Part shown: positions 14,872 to 24,210 of the stretch, one piece after another | How positions within the stretch are numbered: the stretch's first letter is position 1 | How the letters are laid out: every line of letters begins with the position of its first letter | Virus record (IMG/VR): IMGVR_UViG_3300014656_000139 | Span: 1 to 24,210 of that record | DNA: 24,210 bases | Strand: one strand, 5' to 3' | Source: a virus | Lineage: Duplodnaviria; Caudoviricetes | Program-made: the position numbers and the translations under genes | The notes under the pieces: model-generated | What the model was told of the DNA's origin: nothing | Seen by the model: only the letters and a program-made list of their open reading frames with translations | The model's database searches: none

Positions 14872-15341
14872 TGTTGCAGGAGGCCGCTTGCCAGCGCGTG
14901 CTCGAGAACCTGCACCGCACGCTGCTCTCTCTCCGGGGCGACTCCTCGGGGACGTACTACTACCGTCCGGTCGACGTGGTTCTCGGTGCGGTCGAGGCGC
15001 GGGAGCTCGCAGCCTTCCCGGTCTACTGCATGTTCCCGACCGCGGTGAACATCGAGAGGAGGTTGCCGAACAAGCGCTATCAGTGCTCCGTGCCACTGAT
15101 CGTCTGGGGGTTCCACCGTTCCTCGGTGGTCGAGGAGCGGCTGAAGCATCAGACGCGCATGGCGCGGGACATCATTCGGGTTCTTGACGCGGACCCGCAT
15201 CGTGGGCTCAGCGGAACCGACGACGATTGCTGGGACACCGTGTTGCAGTCCGTTCGATTCACGTCCCTGAGCGGGACGCCGATCGTGCGGACCGAGCTCA
15301 GGTACAACTGCCCGTACCGGTTCAAGGACGGGGCGATCTAG
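14871..15341 (+). CDS. Probable tail terminator
   Basis: ATG 14871 overlapping the previous TGA; 156 aa; located between the neck and tail tube genes; A.FP motif and terminal beta strand. Confidence 0.6.
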   Translation: MLQEAACQRVLENLHRTLLSLRGDSSGTYYYRPVDVVLGAVEARELAAFPVYCMFPTAVNIERRLPNKRYQCSVPLIVWGFHRSSVVEERLKHQTRMARDIIRVLDADPHRGLSGTDDDCWDTVLQSVRFTSLSGTPIVRTELRYNCPYRFKDGAI

Positions 15342-15367
15342 GGGATGAGGATGACGGGGGGTGTGGA

Positions 15368-16417
15368 ATGGCTCGCGCACTGTCCTACGGGATGGAAGAA
15401 AAAGGTGCCGGTCTCGGGTGGGGACGAGAGACGACGTGGGGCACGGAGGTCGCTCGCGAAGCGAATCTCTGGGTCCCGGTCGTCAGAGAGGATGTGAAGT
15501 TCCGGAGGCCGCTGCTCAAGAGGTCGGCGATCTTCTGCCGGGGGAACGCTCCAGGGTTCCACAGAAGTGCTCGCCACGCGGGCGTGGCCGACGTGGTTGG
15601 AAACCTCACGATGGAGTTCAACTACGACGGACTGAACGCGCTCCTCTGCAACTACTTCGGGGACGCGACCGTGACGGAGCCAGTGGCCTCGACGGCCTGG
15701 CAGTTCGCCTACGGGGACGACGTGGAGCCGGGGCACTCCCTGACGATGGAGCTCCTCCGTCATCAGAACAGCCTGGAGCTCTACGGGGTCGACCTCACGA
15801 CCATGCGGATCGCCGTGGCGGATCCGAACCCGCTCCAGATCATCTTCGGCCTCATGGCGAAGAACGCGGAGAAGCAGGCGTCGGCGCCGGAGCCGAGCTG
15901 GGTCACGGACCTGCCGGCCCTCACGCAGCATCTGAAACTCGAGGTGGACGTCGGTGGCGGATACGTCGCGCTGGACTTTGACGACTTCTCGCTCGAGGGG
16001 GATCGGAGACTCGGACGCCGGCAGGCTCACGACGGGTCGTCCCTCACGATCCGCCGGCCGCACCGAGAGGGCTTCGCCAACTGGCGGGGCACCGTCTCCC
16101 GGCTCTACGGCGAGCAGGACACGGGGGTCTTTGGAGTCGACGACATCTACGACGAGTTCCTGGCCGGGCAGACGACCGGGATCGCCATGAAGTTCACGGC
16201 GACGGGCGCCCTGATCTCGGGATCGACCTACTACAAGCTGACGATCGAGATGCCGAACGTCGTGATGCTCGACACCGGTCCCATCACGGAAGACGAGGGA
16301 CCGCGCAAGGAGATGATCGAGTTCGAGGCGGACGCGGACAGCGACGACAAGGCCGTCGAAGTCACGGTGGTCTGCACGGAGGATCCGAGCCTTTGGACCT
16401 CGAACCCGATCACGTAG
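15368..16417 (+). CDS. Tail tube (major tail) protein
   Basis: ATG 15368; GLGWGRETTWGT, VVGNLTMEF...LNALLCNYFG, SLTMEL, KLTIEMPNV...GP...IEFEA are typical of siphophage tube proteins. Confidence 0.85.
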   Translation: MARALSYGMEEKGAGLGWGRETTWGTEVAREANLWVPVVREDVKFRRPLLKRSAIFCRGNAPGFHRSARHAGVADVVGNLTMEFNYDGLNALLCNYFGDATVTEPVASTAWQFAYGDDVEPGHSLTMELLRHQNSLELYGVDLTTMRIAVADPNPLQIIFGLMAKNAEKQASAPEPSWVTDLPALTQHLKLEVDVGGGYVALDFDDFSLEGDRRLGRRQAHDGSSLTIRRPHREGFANWRGTVSRLYGEQDTGVFGVDDIYDEFLAGQTTGIAMKFTATGALISGSTYYKLTIEMPNVVMLDTGPITEDEGPRKEMIEFEADADSDDKAVEVTVVCTEDPSLWTSNPIT

Positions 16418-16429
16418 GAAGGGGGGTCT

Positions 16430-16888
16430 GTGCGAGAGAAGGAAAGGAAGGAGGAGCGAAAGCCGGAGAATCGAGTCACGACGGCTGACGAGCTCCTCCA
16501 GAAGACCAGAAAGATCATCGAGACGCCGTCCGGGCTGAAGCTGCGGATCCGCAAGGTGACGCCGTACACGCTCGCGCAGCACGAGGCGTGCCGTCCGATG
16601 ATGCAGAAGATCCAGCGCGCTACGAGGCGCGGCGAAGAGAACGTCGCGGCGCTGGAGGATCCCGAGCTCGGATCGAGCTTCATCCAGATGGTCGTGCATC
16701 TCGGAGTGATCGAGCCGGCGCTGGCGCTTCCTGGCCTTGCCGCGACCAACGGGAGACCCACGGTCGACGATCTCGGCGAGGAGCTCATGTTCGTGTACGA
16801 GGCGATCAGCGTCTTCTCCGGGATCAAGACCGGCCCGGAGGTGTCGGAAGGCACCTTTCGTGACGAGGGAGCTCCTTCGGCTCCTTGA
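16430..16888 (+). CDS. Tail assembly chaperone (gpG-like)
   Basis: Between tube and TMP; IETPSG..LRIRK and GVIEP motifs; ends just after a TFR slippery site. Confidence 0.8.
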   Translation: MREKERKEERKPENRVTTADELLQKTRKIIETPSGLKLRIRKVTPYTLAQHEACRPMMQKIQRATRRGEENVAALEDPELGSSFIQMVVHLGVIEPALALPGLAATNGRPTVDDLGEELMFVYEAISVFSGIKTGPEVSEGTFRDEGAPSAP

Positions 16889-17006
16889 CCTGACGGGGGC
16901 GCGCTATGGGGTGCTCCCGTCCGAGCTCCTGCGCTGCGACTGGTGGGAGCTCTTCTTGAATGTGCGGGCCGCAGTGGAGGGGATCACCTCCAGACAGGTC
17001 GAGTGA
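16860..17006 (+). CDS. gpT-like segment of the tail chaperone (probably a +1 frameshift product)
   Basis: VTRELLRLLDLTGARYGVLPSELLRCDWWELFLNV lies in the +1 frame starting at ACC TTT CGT G; the RYG.LPSE pattern is typical of gpT segments. Confidence 0.7.
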   Translation: MTRELLRLLDLTGARYGVLPSELLRCDWWELFLNVRAAVEGITSRQVE

Positions 17007-17009
17007 ACC

Positions 17010-19376
17010 ATGGCCTACAAGGTCTCCTACATCATCGAGGCGATGGACCAGTCGGGGCGGGCCCTTGAGTCCGCCTCGAGGGGCCTCGAGGCGTTCCAGA
17101 AGAAGCACAAGAACACGATCGACCAGATCAACAAGGCGGCACTTCCTGCGGCCGGGATCTTCGCCGGGTTCGTTCTCTCCACGAAACACGCGATTGACGC
17201 CTCCAACCAGGTAGAGGCTGCGCTCACGGGGCTCCGGTCCGTTGCCCGTGCGTTCGGAACGGACGTAGGCGCTGCGGAGCAGGCCGCTGTCGGGCTCGCC
17301 TCCGACGGTCTCATGACGGTCGGGGAGGCGGCGGCCGGTCTCAAGAACCTCCTCGCACGTGGGTTCGGCCTCGACGAGGCGACGCGGCTCATGAACGCCT
17401 TCAAGGACTCCGCGGCGTACGGCCGGCAGGGGACGCTTCAGTTCGGAGAGTCCGTGGTTCGTGCGACCGAGGGGCTCAAGAACGAAATGTCCCAGCTCGT
17501 CGACAATGCGGGCGTCACGAAGAACGTGTCGATCATGTGGAAGGAGTACGCCAAGTCGATCGGGAAGGGAGTTCAGGAGCTCACGATCGCGGAGAAGCGT
17601 CAGGCCGAGCTCAACGGGATCATGAAGGAGACCGCTCCGATGTTGGGCGACGCGGCCACTCTATCGGAGCAGTTCTCCGGAAAGACCGCATCGCTCCGGA
17701 CGAACATCGAGCTCGCCTACGCGGCGATCGGAGACATCATCAAGGACGGGCTCACCCCCTACATCGCGAAGCTCAGCGAGGGCGCCGAGGCCGTGAAAGA
17801 CTTCACGACGGAACACGAGACGGCAACGAAGGTCCTCATCGGAGTGAGCACGGCGATCGCCGGTGGAGCCGGACTCATCCTCGCGCTCGGAGCCCTGCTC
17901 CGGATCCTCCCGATGGTCACGCTCGGCATCAAGGGCGTATCGGTCGCGCTCGCCTTCCTGGCAGCCAACCCGATCGGCCTTGCCGTCGTTGGGATCGGCG
18001 CTGTCGTCGCAGCTGCAATCACCTGGCACGACGAGTTCGAGAAGCTCGAGAGGTTGATCGCGTCCATGGCCTCCGAGACGATCGCGAGGCTCATCAACGG
18101 GATCGCCTCCCTTCTCGAGGGCATGTCGCGTCTTCCCGGTGTCGGCGATGACTTGAGCCGTGCCGCCGAGAAGCTGCGGCAGACAGCTGACGGGATGCAG
18201 TCGTGGGCCGGGAATGTGCGCCAGAGCACGAAAGAGGCTGCCGAGGCCGGAGGCTACTTCGCCGCAGTGATGGGAGACCAGGTCGCTGCGATGTACGGCG
18301 TGGGAACCGCGAGCGGTCCGGCCGCGGAGGGAATCACCACCGTCGGGAACGCCGCCTCCGACGCAGCGGACAAGGTCGACGGTCTGAACAAGAACCTCAA
18401 AAGCGTCCCGCGCCCCGATCTGCCCACCGACGCCTTCGAGCTCTTCGTCAAGGCCGAGGAAGACGCGATCGAGACCATCGACAACGTCCTCCCGCTCATG
18501 GAAGACGAGATCGAGCACAAGCAGCGGTCTGCCGAGGAAAGCAGGAAGCTCGCTGAGCGAATCGCCGAGTCGAACCGCCGCGCCCAGGAAATGGCCAGGC
18601 AGGGGTTGAGCGATCTCATTGGCGGATTCCGCACGTTGCTTGGCCTCATCGCGGAGAACGACAAGGGTCTCCAGAAGATGCTCCAGACGTTCGACCGCTG
18701 GATGAGCGGGATCACTGCGGTCACGCGGATCCTCTCGGGGCTCGACAAGGTCTTCGGCGGTGGCGGCGGCGGTGGTGGCGGCGGTGGTAGCAGCTGGCTC
18801 GGCTACGCCACGGCTGGGCGTTCGGTTCTTGGAGGTGGTGGCGGTGGCGCCGTCCTGGAGATGGGCCCGGCGGCGGCCGGCGAGATGTGGCCCACGTCTA
18901 CCGCGGCCCCTGGCACACTCGCCAAGATCGGAGCGGCCGCAAAGAGCGCCGCGAGCGCTGCTGCCCCCTACGCGATCATGGCCGCAGAGGTGACCGGCCT
19001 CGCGTGGGGGGCGAAGCAGATCTACGATTGGTTCCGTACTTCCGGCGGGGCCGGAGAGACCTACCACGAGATGCTCGCCCGTACGACCGGCGCGACGCAG
19101 GCCGGTATCTTCCAGGCACAGACGTACGACCCGAACCGACCCCGCGGGGGCGGTTTCGCCGGATACACGCCCGGCATGTCAGAGAGCGCATTCTCTTCTC
19201 AGTTTCATCACCCTTCACCCGTTCTCCGCCCTTCCGTGGCCCATGTCGGTAACGCTCCGCTGAGCGTCACTCTGCAAAACAACGGTCCGCTGATGGGGAA
19301 TGAGGCGGACGCTCTTCGCTTCGCACGGCAGACACGCGATCTCCTCCTCCGCATCGCCCGCGGGGAGATCAGCTGA
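17010..19376 (+). CDS. Tape measure protein (788 aa)
   Basis: I.A.D start; Ala/Gly-rich helical sequence; LKNLL..GFGLDEA..LM..FKDSAA.GRQG...EGLKNE.S.LVDNAGVTKN block; hydrophobic segments including FLAANPIGL; follows the chaperone genes. Confidence 0.93.
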   Translation: MAYKVSYIIEAMDQSGRALESASRGLEAFQKKHKNTIDQINKAALPAAGIFAGFVLSTKHAIDASNQVEAALTGLRSVARAFGTDVGAAEQAAVGLASDGLMTVGEAAAGLKNLLARGFGLDEATRLMNAFKDSAAYGRQGTLQFGESVVRATEGLKNEMSQLVDNAGVTKNVSIMWKEYAKSIGKGVQELTIAEKRQAELNGIMKETAPMLGDAATLSEQFSGKTASLRTNIELAYAAIGDIIKDGLTPYIAKLSEGAEAVKDFTTEHETATKVLIGVSTAIAGGAGLILALGALLRILPMVTLGIKGVSVALAFLAANPIGLAVVGIGAVVAAAITWHDEFEKLERLIASMASETIARLINGIASLLEGMSRLPGVGDDLSRAAEKLRQTADGMQSWAGNVRQSTKEAAEAGGYFAAVMGDQVAAMYGVGTASGPAAEGITTVGNAASDAADKVDGLNKNLKSVPRPDLPTDAFELFVKAEEDAIETIDNVLPLMEDEIEHKQRSAEESRKLAERIAESNRRAQEMARQGLSDLIGGFRTLLGLIAENDKGLQKMLQTFDRWMSGITAVTRILSGLDKVFGGGGGGGGGGGSSWLGYATAGRSVLGGGGGGAVLEMGPAAAGEMWPTSTAAPGTLAKIGAAAKSAASAAAPYAIMAAEVTGLAWGAKQIYDWFRTSGGAGETYHEMLARTTGATQAGIFQAQTYDPNRPRGGGFAGYTPGMSESAFSSQFHHPSPVLRPSVAHVGNAPLSVTLQNNGPLMGNEADALRFARQTRDLLLRIARGEIS

Positions 19377-21535
19377 TGGGCGTCGGCTCGTACTTCCAGG
19401 ACCTGGTTCTCGCGACGGTGCCAGAAAACGAGGCGTTGATCTATGGCGGACACGGCGGAGAAGGGGGTCCGGGAGCGATCACGTACGACTCCGGCTGGGG
19501 CACTTCCGTCATCCGGATCCGGGCGATGGCTCCGCTGGAGCCGGGCGAAGACGAGTCCTGGTACCGGACGTTGGTCTTCGTCCCTGACGCTTCCGGCGAC
19601 GTCGGGGAGTCCGACGAGTACAGCCTCACAGTGAGGTGGCGGCTCTACCGCGGCGACTTCACACAGGCGTCCCCCGCTCTGTCCGGTCGCATTCGTGTTG
19701 GGTACGACTACACGGCCGGGACTTGGATCGCACTCCCATTCGGCCTGGCCGTCTCGTTCTCGGCGGGGACGATCGCCGCGAGCAAGAGGGCCTACCTGTA
19801 CATCTACCCCGCCCGCGTCTTCCCGCCGTCCTACCGGGAGATCAATCTCTCCTCGGAGATTTTCGGTGTCGACGGTCTGACTCCCGCCTTCGGTGTCCAG
19901 GAGGTCGAGTCGCAGGACTACCGCCGCGTGACCGCCGAGGGGCGCGAGACGCGGGCGCCCGTCTCGCTCCGTCGCAACCTGTGGATCGCCGCGGAGGGCG
20001 TGCCGATCGCCGTGCGGACCGAAATCCTCCGCTGGATCGAGGAGGGCCGGCGCGTCGCCGCATTCCCCTACTACAACTCGTTCACGCGGCTGCTCGTCCC
20101 GTTCCAGGACAGCCTTCGCTCCTATATCGGCCAGCAGCCCTACACCTACGCCGGCGAGACGAACGAGCCCGGGCGCCGCGGCTACTTCCAGGATCGAAGC
20201 GGGATCTGGCGTCCGTCGATACCCTCCGCCGTGGCGTGCTTCGAGAACATGGAGCCGCTCGGACGCGGGCTCGTCCTTGCGGAGGGCGACGACAACGACT
20301 GGGAGAACCTGGTCTACCCGTCATCCCCGACAGGCAGCGGCAACCTCGGCTGGTCTGCCTCCGGCGTCAACGACACGACCGAGTTCGACGCGGAAGTCCC
20401 CTTGCCCGTGGAGGCCGATCCCGGTGCTGTCCGCTGGAAGGTCGGGGCATCCTCGACCGGGCTCGCGCTTACCTTCTCTCTCGCGACCGCCGCGCCCGGT
20501 ATCTTCTCCGTCTGGGTCTGGGGTTCGTCTGCGGACATCGTCACACTCGAGCAGACGCCGGCGCAAGGAAGCGTGCCGCGGAACTCGACCACGCTCACGC
20601 CTTCGACGACTCCTCAGCGGGTCTTCGTCGGCGTCCAGGGTGTTTCCGGATCCGTCACCGTGAAGCTCACCGCAGACGAGGGATCCCTGCTCTGGGTTGC
20701 GTGCGCTCAGGGGGAGGAGTGCCGGGACACGTACTGGGGCGCCGGGAGCATCACCTCTTGCGCCTGGCACGGACCAACCGCATACCAGCGTCGCCTCACT
20801 GCGTCGGGCGACGTGGAGCGGGAGAATACGCTCTGGTCTATCGCGTCACGGCTGGCCGGGTACGCCGGGCGCGTCTCGTTCTTCTGGAGGCCGAACTTCA
20901 TCGGCGGATCGACGACCGGCGGGATCATCGGAATGGCCGCATCGAGCACGTCTGACTTCTTCATCGCCATGACGGATGCCGACGGTGACGGGGATCCCGA
21001 GATCCGCGCCTACATCCGGTCGGGGCAGTCCTCCATCGTGGGCATCACCACCGCCGAGCTCGCCGACGTGGACCCAACGACCGTCTTCTTCGTCGTGTTC
21101 ACGTACCGAGTCGTCGACGGGGATCTCACGCTCCGCCTCGAGGTTTTCTACGATGGAGCGCCCGAAGGGATCGTGGCGACGAGTACTTCGGGCGATAGCA
21201 CATGCTCGGTCGCCGTAGACCTCGAAGCCCATTCCGTCGGCCGGTGGCATGGCACGATCGCGCTCCTCCGTGTCGACGCCGACTCGCACATCTCCAGCCC
21301 GCCCGGCACAGGAGACGAGAGTTACTGGGCGCGGCGCCAGTACGAGTGGTGGACGCGCTCCGAGACGAAGGAGATCGCGAAGATCCTGTTCGGGCGCGAG
21401 TACGAGATCGTGACCGGAGAGCAGGCGCCGTTCGGCGGCGACAGCTCGCACGTCAATCTACCCTTGACCCTCGTCGAGGCTCGAACGGACGAGTACACGG
21501 CGGTCTACAAGGGGAGGGCGCCCGGTGAGGGATAG
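19376..21535 (+). CDS. Tail-tip protein 1 (possible distal-tail-like protein with inserted carbohydrate-binding/LamG-like modules)
   Basis: Directly after the TMP with TGATG coupling; beta-rich; GLVLAE...NL, FSVWV and AQ.E..PTAY motifs seen in CBM-bearing tail proteins. Confidence 0.6.
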   Translation: MGVGSYFQDLVLATVPENEALIYGGHGGEGGPGAITYDSGWGTSVIRIRAMAPLEPGEDESWYRTLVFVPDASGDVGESDEYSLTVRWRLYRGDFTQASPALSGRIRVGYDYTAGTWIALPFGLAVSFSAGTIAASKRAYLYIYPARVFPPSYREINLSSEIFGVDGLTPAFGVQEVESQDYRRVTAEGRETRAPVSLRRNLWIAAEGVPIAVRTEILRWIEEGRRVAAFPYYNSFTRLLVPFQDSLRSYIGQQPYTYAGETNEPGRRGYFQDRSGIWRPSIPSAVACFENMEPLGRGLVLAEGDDNDWENLVYPSSPTGSGNLGWSASGVNDTTEFDAEVPLPVEADPGAVRWKVGASSTGLALTFSLATAAPGIFSVWVWGSSADIVTLEQTPAQGSVPRNSTTLTPSTTPQRVFVGVQGVSGSVTVKLTADEGSLLWVACAQGEECRDTYWGAGSITSCAWHGPTAYQRRLTASGDVERENTLWSIASRLAGYAGRVSFFWRPNFIGGSTTGGIIGMAASSTSDFFIAMTDADGDGDPEIRAYIRSGQSSIVGITTAELADVDPTTVFFVVFTYRVVDGDLTLRLEVFYDGAPEGIVATSTSGDSTCSVAVDLEAHSVGRWHGTIALLRVDADSHISSPPGTGDESYWARRQYEWWTRSETKEIAKILFGREYEIVTGEQAPFGGDSSHVNLPLTLVEARTDEYTAVYKGRAPGEG

Positions 21536-23606
21536 ACCCTACACCATCATCACGGCGCCGATGCTCCGCGGGAAGCTGGTCTCTGAGGAGGACGGCGGGT
21601 GGCCCCTGGACATGCCGCTCCCCCGGGCCCGGGGGGAGCCGACGGTTCACGCCGCCCGGTATGCCCTGCACATCTCCCTCCGCCGAAGGCCAGGCTCCGC
21701 TGGCTCCTATATCCGTTTCTGCTGGTACGACCTCGAGCTGAACCCGACCGGGGCTATTTCGTACGGTCCGTTTCTCCTCTTGGGGGAACACGACGTCGGA
21801 CTGACGTGGAGCGGAAAGCCCCTTGCGGTCGGATTTGGCGTCACTCTATACCTCCCGACCGATCCCGACTGGCCCGACGAGGTCGGGACCTACACGTGGG
21901 AGTTCCGCGGACTCCGCCGGCTACCACGCGACTGGGGACTCGTCACCCTCCTCGAGACGGACGACACGAACCCGGTGGTCAAGGTCTCCGGTGTTTCCGC
22001 TCCCGAGGGAGCGCCGCTCGCGGCTGGCGGCTTTCGCCGCGAGGGAGGTCCAAGGAGGCTTCTCCTCGGCTTCGACCCGTCGATTGTCAGGGCCACCCTA
22101 CAGGGGACGCTCACGCTGGCGGAAACGCTCCGCTCTCCCGTGGCGTTCTTCCCGGAGTTCGACGAGACCACACTGCTCTCGATTCCGTTCACGCGCTGCT
22201 CGCTCCCCGAGATCGGCTCGCCGCCGCTCCCCCTCGGTCACGACGGATACCCGCTCATGCGGCACGAGCGGGAGCGCCCGGAAATGGTGCGCTGCGCTCA
22301 CCGGGCGGCCGATCGCCTCGACCGGCGCCTCACCCTCTACGGGACGACGATCGAGGAGGCTTTCCCGGACGCGACGTTCTCGCTCAGCTCCCCCTCCGGG
22401 GAGAACGACGACTGGACGACGCGACCCGAAGGCTCCGGGGACCAGTACGACCACCTCGGACCCGACGAGTCTTTCGACCCGATCGAGCCCAGCCTCTCCG
22501 GCGCACACGTCTGGAGAAAGGGCTCCGAGGCGGAGTACTTTGGCAGGACCTTTACTTCACTGACGGCAGGGGACACGGTCTCCTTCTCGGTCTATGTCCG
22601 CGGCTGCGCTCACGTCATCCTCTCCCTCTCGAATGTGTCTCAGGTCTACGGCGACACGGAGACGGTTCACGCCCCGGGCGAGGGCTGGCGAAGGCTCATG
22701 ATCTGGGGCGTTCTCACGGACGTCGAGACGGAGATCACCATCAACCAGGGGAACGAAGGCGACGTAATGGAGTTCGCCGGCTACCAGTTCCAGGTGATTC
22801 CGGGTGACGCGGCGATCGGTGGCGAGGCGTCCTCTCTCGTCCCGCGCTTCCTCGGTGAGGAAACCCGAGCCGCTGCGTCTCCGGAGTACGTCGTCCCCAT
22901 GTACGGGGACCGCGGGACGGTGTTCGTCGTCTGCCGCTGGTCCTACCGCGGCGGAGGCGTCGGCTGGGTTCCGCTCCTCACCGCCTACGACCCGGACACG
23001 CCGGCGCACCTGTGGCTCTTCTGCTTCCGATCTCCAAACGACACGAACGAGGACGCCGGCGTTGCTCTGATCCGGAACACGGACGCGACGACGACGACCT
23101 GGTGGGAGGAGATCGCGAGCCCTGGTCTTCCCGGCGATCTCCTCCATCTCGTCTGGACGTGGGAGCCGGAGGACGACTCGGGCGTGACAAAGACCAGAAT
23201 CAAGATCTACCACGACGGGTCGCTCCTCCTCTCCGCGCTCACGGACGAGGTGCCCGACATGCTCGGAGAGCGCATCGTGGTGGCTCCGTCCGAGGACCTC
23301 CCGACGATCGACTCGGACGAGACGGTTCCCTATGCCGGCACCTTCTACCTGGTCCGCTACGATCAGCAGGTCTGGGACGCGACCGAGATCGCCCGGCACT
23401 ACCAGACCTGGTCGGGTGACTTCGGGCGGGACCTCCTTTACCTGTCGCAGGGGAGACGGTTCGAGGCGAGCGTGGCTGGCGGATTCGCGCCCACTCCCGG
23501 GGCGGAGATCTACTCCCTGTCATCCCTGCGGCTCCGCCAGATCGGCGAGTTCCCTCCGGAGGAGGACCCGACCGGTGCTGAGATGTACGAGAGGAACGAC
23601 CCATGA
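21525..23606 (+). CDS. Tail-tip protein 2, paralog of 19376-21535
   Basis: LTAGDTVSFSVYVRG...GWRRL...GYQFQ CBM-like module, then LamG-like HLVWTW...IKIYHDGSL...WDATEIARHY; shares blocks with the upstream gene. Confidence 0.6.
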   Translation: MRDRPYTIITAPMLRGKLVSEEDGGWPLDMPLPRARGEPTVHAARYALHISLRRRPGSAGSYIRFCWYDLELNPTGAISYGPFLLLGEHDVGLTWSGKPLAVGFGVTLYLPTDPDWPDEVGTYTWEFRGLRRLPRDWGLVTLLETDDTNPVVKVSGVSAPEGAPLAAGGFRREGGPRRLLLGFDPSIVRATLQGTLTLAETLRSPVAFFPEFDETTLLSIPFTRCSLPEIGSPPLPLGHDGYPLMRHERERPEMVRCAHRAADRLDRRLTLYGTTIEEAFPDATFSLSSPSGENDDWTTRPEGSGDQYDHLGPDESFDPIEPSLSGAHVWRKGSEAEYFGRTFTSLTAGDTVSFSVYVRGCAHVILSLSNVSQVYGDTETVHAPGEGWRRLMIWGVLTDVETEITINQGNEGDVMEFAGYQFQVIPGDAAIGGEASSLVPRFLGEETRAAASPEYVVPMYGDRGTVFVVCRWSYRGGGVGWVPLLTAYDPDTPAHLWLFCFRSPNDTNEDAGVALIRNTDATTTTWWEEIASPGLPGDLLHLVWTWEPEDDSGVTKTRIKIYHDGSLLLSALTDEVPDMLGERIVVAPSEDLPTIDSDETVPYAGTFYLVRYDQQVWDATEIARHYQTWSGDFGRDLLYLSQGRRFEASVAGGFAPTPGAEIYSLSSLRLRQIGEFPPEEDPTGAEMYERNDP

Positions 23607-24210
23607 TCCAGCTCCCTGGAGAGGCCGAGCTCGAGCTCCAGCGGATGCCACGCCTGGTGCTCCGTGCGGAGATCGGGCCCTACGACCGGCGCGATCCGGC
23701 CGTCGGCGGAGACCGACCGCCCGTCCGTCTCTACCGGGACGTGCCCGGAATCGAGCACTCCATGATCGACCCGGCGGATCCGGAGCTGATCGACGATCGC
23801 GAGGTCTACGTGGGGGCTGACCTCTCCGGCCGGATGCTCGGCCTCGGAGCGATCGCGCACCGGATCAATCTGCACCTGAACTCGTCGGAAGCATCGGAGC
23901 TCTCCGTCGAGGTCGACAACATCGACAACCTCTTCTCGCACGTCTGTCTCGGTGCTCCGCGTGCCGGGCTGCCGCACTGGCTTCTCCGGAACAACTGGCA
24001 CCTCGGGCGGATTCTTCGCGTGCGCGGTGGCGTGCGGGATGCCGACGGGCTCTTCCACTACTTCCCGCTCTACGAGGGGATCATCGAGGGCGCCACGCAG
24101 GGAGAGAGAAGGATCACCCTCTCGGCCTACGATCCGCTCCGTGCCTTCAGCGGGATCATCATCGAGGACAACCCGACCTACACGGACGAGACCGCCGCGG
24201 CAATCGTCGA
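23603..24210 (+). CDS. Tail hub/Tal-like protein, partial (runs off the window)
   Basis: ATG 23603 (ATGA overlap, RBS GAGAGGA), open to the window end: MIQLPGEAELELQRMPRLVLRAEI...ASELSVEVDNIDNLF...FPLYEGIIE...ITLSAYDPL. Absent from the ORF track. Confidence 0.75.
   Translation, partial: MIQLPGEAELELQRMPRLVLRAEIGPYDRRDPAVGGDRPPVRLYRDVPGIEHSMIDPADPELIDDREVYVGADLSGRMLGLGAIAHRINLHLNSSEASELSVEVDNIDNLFSHVCLGAPRAGLPHWLLRNNWHLGRILRVRGGVRDADGLFHYFPLYEGIIEGATQGERRITLSAYDPLRAFSGIIIEDNPTYTDETAAAIV

Larger units (their letters stand above)
1..24210. mobile_element. Siphovirus-like phage or prophage segment (regulation, replication, packaging, head, tail)
   Basis: Canonical gene order TerS-TerL-portal-protease-MCP-neck-tube-TAC-TMP-tail tip; no sheath gene; no boundaries visible. 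Confidence 0.95.

Noticed and set aside
1-24210. DGR, retron, integrase, lysis cassette, tRNA genes or stop-codon recoding
   Set aside because: No RT, recombinase, holin/endolysin or cloverleaf is recognisable; genes end normally at TGA, TAG and TAA with tight coupling, consistent with the standard code.

Overview
The window is a continuous, GC-rich stretch of a tailed dsDNA phage or prophage (Caudoviricetes; siphovirus-like, since there is a tail tube and tape measure but no sheath). No host genes, integrase or att site are visible. At the left, a divergent sigma70-type promoter pair separates a leftward hexapeptide-repeat gene (missing from the ORF track) from a rightward early operon. That operon encodes an RHH regulator, a replication initiator with an internal iteron origin, a hypothetical protein, a LexA N-domain-only protein and a Cys-rich HTH regulator. 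A tightly coupled late operon follows: TerS, TerL, a portal-MuF/gp7 fusion, HK97-type protease, major capsid protein, an accessory block, neck genes, tail tube, tail chaperone with a probable +1 frameshift, tape measure, two paralogous tail-tip proteins and a truncated hub-like protein. The most unusual element is the accessory block at 10070-13628, between head and neck genes. It contains two signal-peptide-bearing proteins, one saturated with D-(S/T) sequons like the Bacteroidota/FCB O-glycosylation motif, followed by a DNRLRE-like protein and a BppU-N-like adaptor. All family assignments come from motif recognition and synteny by eye; no database searches were run.
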